IMG/VR virus record: IMGVR_UViG_2140918032_000035
Source: an uncultured virus (IMG/VR IMGVR_UViG_2140918032_000035)
Taxonomy: Duplodnaviria; Heunggongvirae; Uroviricota; Caudoviricetes
Strand: one strand, 5' to 3'
Length of the DNA: 64,000 bases
The notes beneath the pieces are model-generated. The model was given only the letters and a program-made list of their open reading frames with translations. It was not told the origin of the DNA and made no database searches. Made by a program: the position numbers and the translations under genes. Within the stretch, counting starts at the first letter, position 1. The number at the start of each line of letters is the position of its first letter. This document shows positions 63,731-64,000 of the stretch, piece by piece.

Positions 63731-64000
63731 ATGCACTTTATTGATACGACCGATTTATCGCTTTTAACAACTAACGCCGATACAATTAAATCCGATTGTT
63801 GCTTCAGGTACGCTCCGAAAGACTATGCCACCCATATCCTCTTTGACATGGACGGTACGCTGGCAAAGTTTCTTCGCTTGGGCGAACCTTATCACAGCTC
63901 TATTTTCGGAGAGCAGCATTTCCACGCAGAGCATTTATACAGAGAAGGTTACTTCTCCGATCTGCCTCCGCACATGAATGTCGTAAGAACCGTTAACTAC
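63731..64000 (+). CDS. HAD-superfamily 5'(3')-deoxyribonucleotidase-like protein (truncated by window end)
   Basis: ILFDMDGTLAKF...EGYFSDLPPH; SD GGAGG. Confidence 0.72.
   Translation, partial: MHFIDTTDLSLLTTNADTIKSDCCFRYAPKDYATHILFDMDGTLAKFLRLGEPYHSSIFGEQHFHAEHLYREGYFSDLPPHMNVVRTVNY

Noticed and set aside
1..64000. Stop-codon reassignment or suppressor tRNAs
   Set aside because: No CTA, TTA or TCA anticodons found, and known genes are intact under code 11.

Overview
This window is a 64-kb segment of a large mobile element (megaplasmid, ICE or phage-plasmid), probably from a Firmicutes/Clostridia host judging by the sigmaA-type promoters, strong SD sites and lipoproteins. It has no ribosomal or virion structural genes. 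Replication and recombination genes: a dispersed phage-type module (family A DNA polymerase, VirE-like ATPase, VRR-NUC, SNF2, Cas4-like DUF2800 nuclease, putative SSB), RecD2, a nuclease-UvrD fusion, thymidine kinase, and an RpoD-like sigma factor. Conjugation-associated genes: a VirD4-like ATPase, topoisomerase III, a TOPRIM protein and a membrane nuclease. A minus-strand array (18.8-22.8 kb) holds 33 tRNAs covering all 20 amino acids, plus two CCA-ended tRNA-like RNAs and structured spacers. Main observations: (1) the tRNA array sits behind a transcription attenuator whose 45-codon leader peptide contains all 20 amino acids (35 distinct codons), a plausible general sensor of tRNA loss; (2) many tRNAs are atypical (C33, A34, Ile-UAU, short-arm Leu, a Sec-like 8/4 Ser); (3) 24 consecutive, mostly acidic orphan proteins (40.5-52.8 kb) all end in a C-terminal Arg, usually Gly-Arg, a candidate export tag; (4) a duplicated 94-bp structured element and a dispersed strand-biased GCAGRTAAGARRA motif; (5) an XRE operator shared with a HipA-like kinase operon. 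All calls come from reading motifs by eye; no database searches were run.
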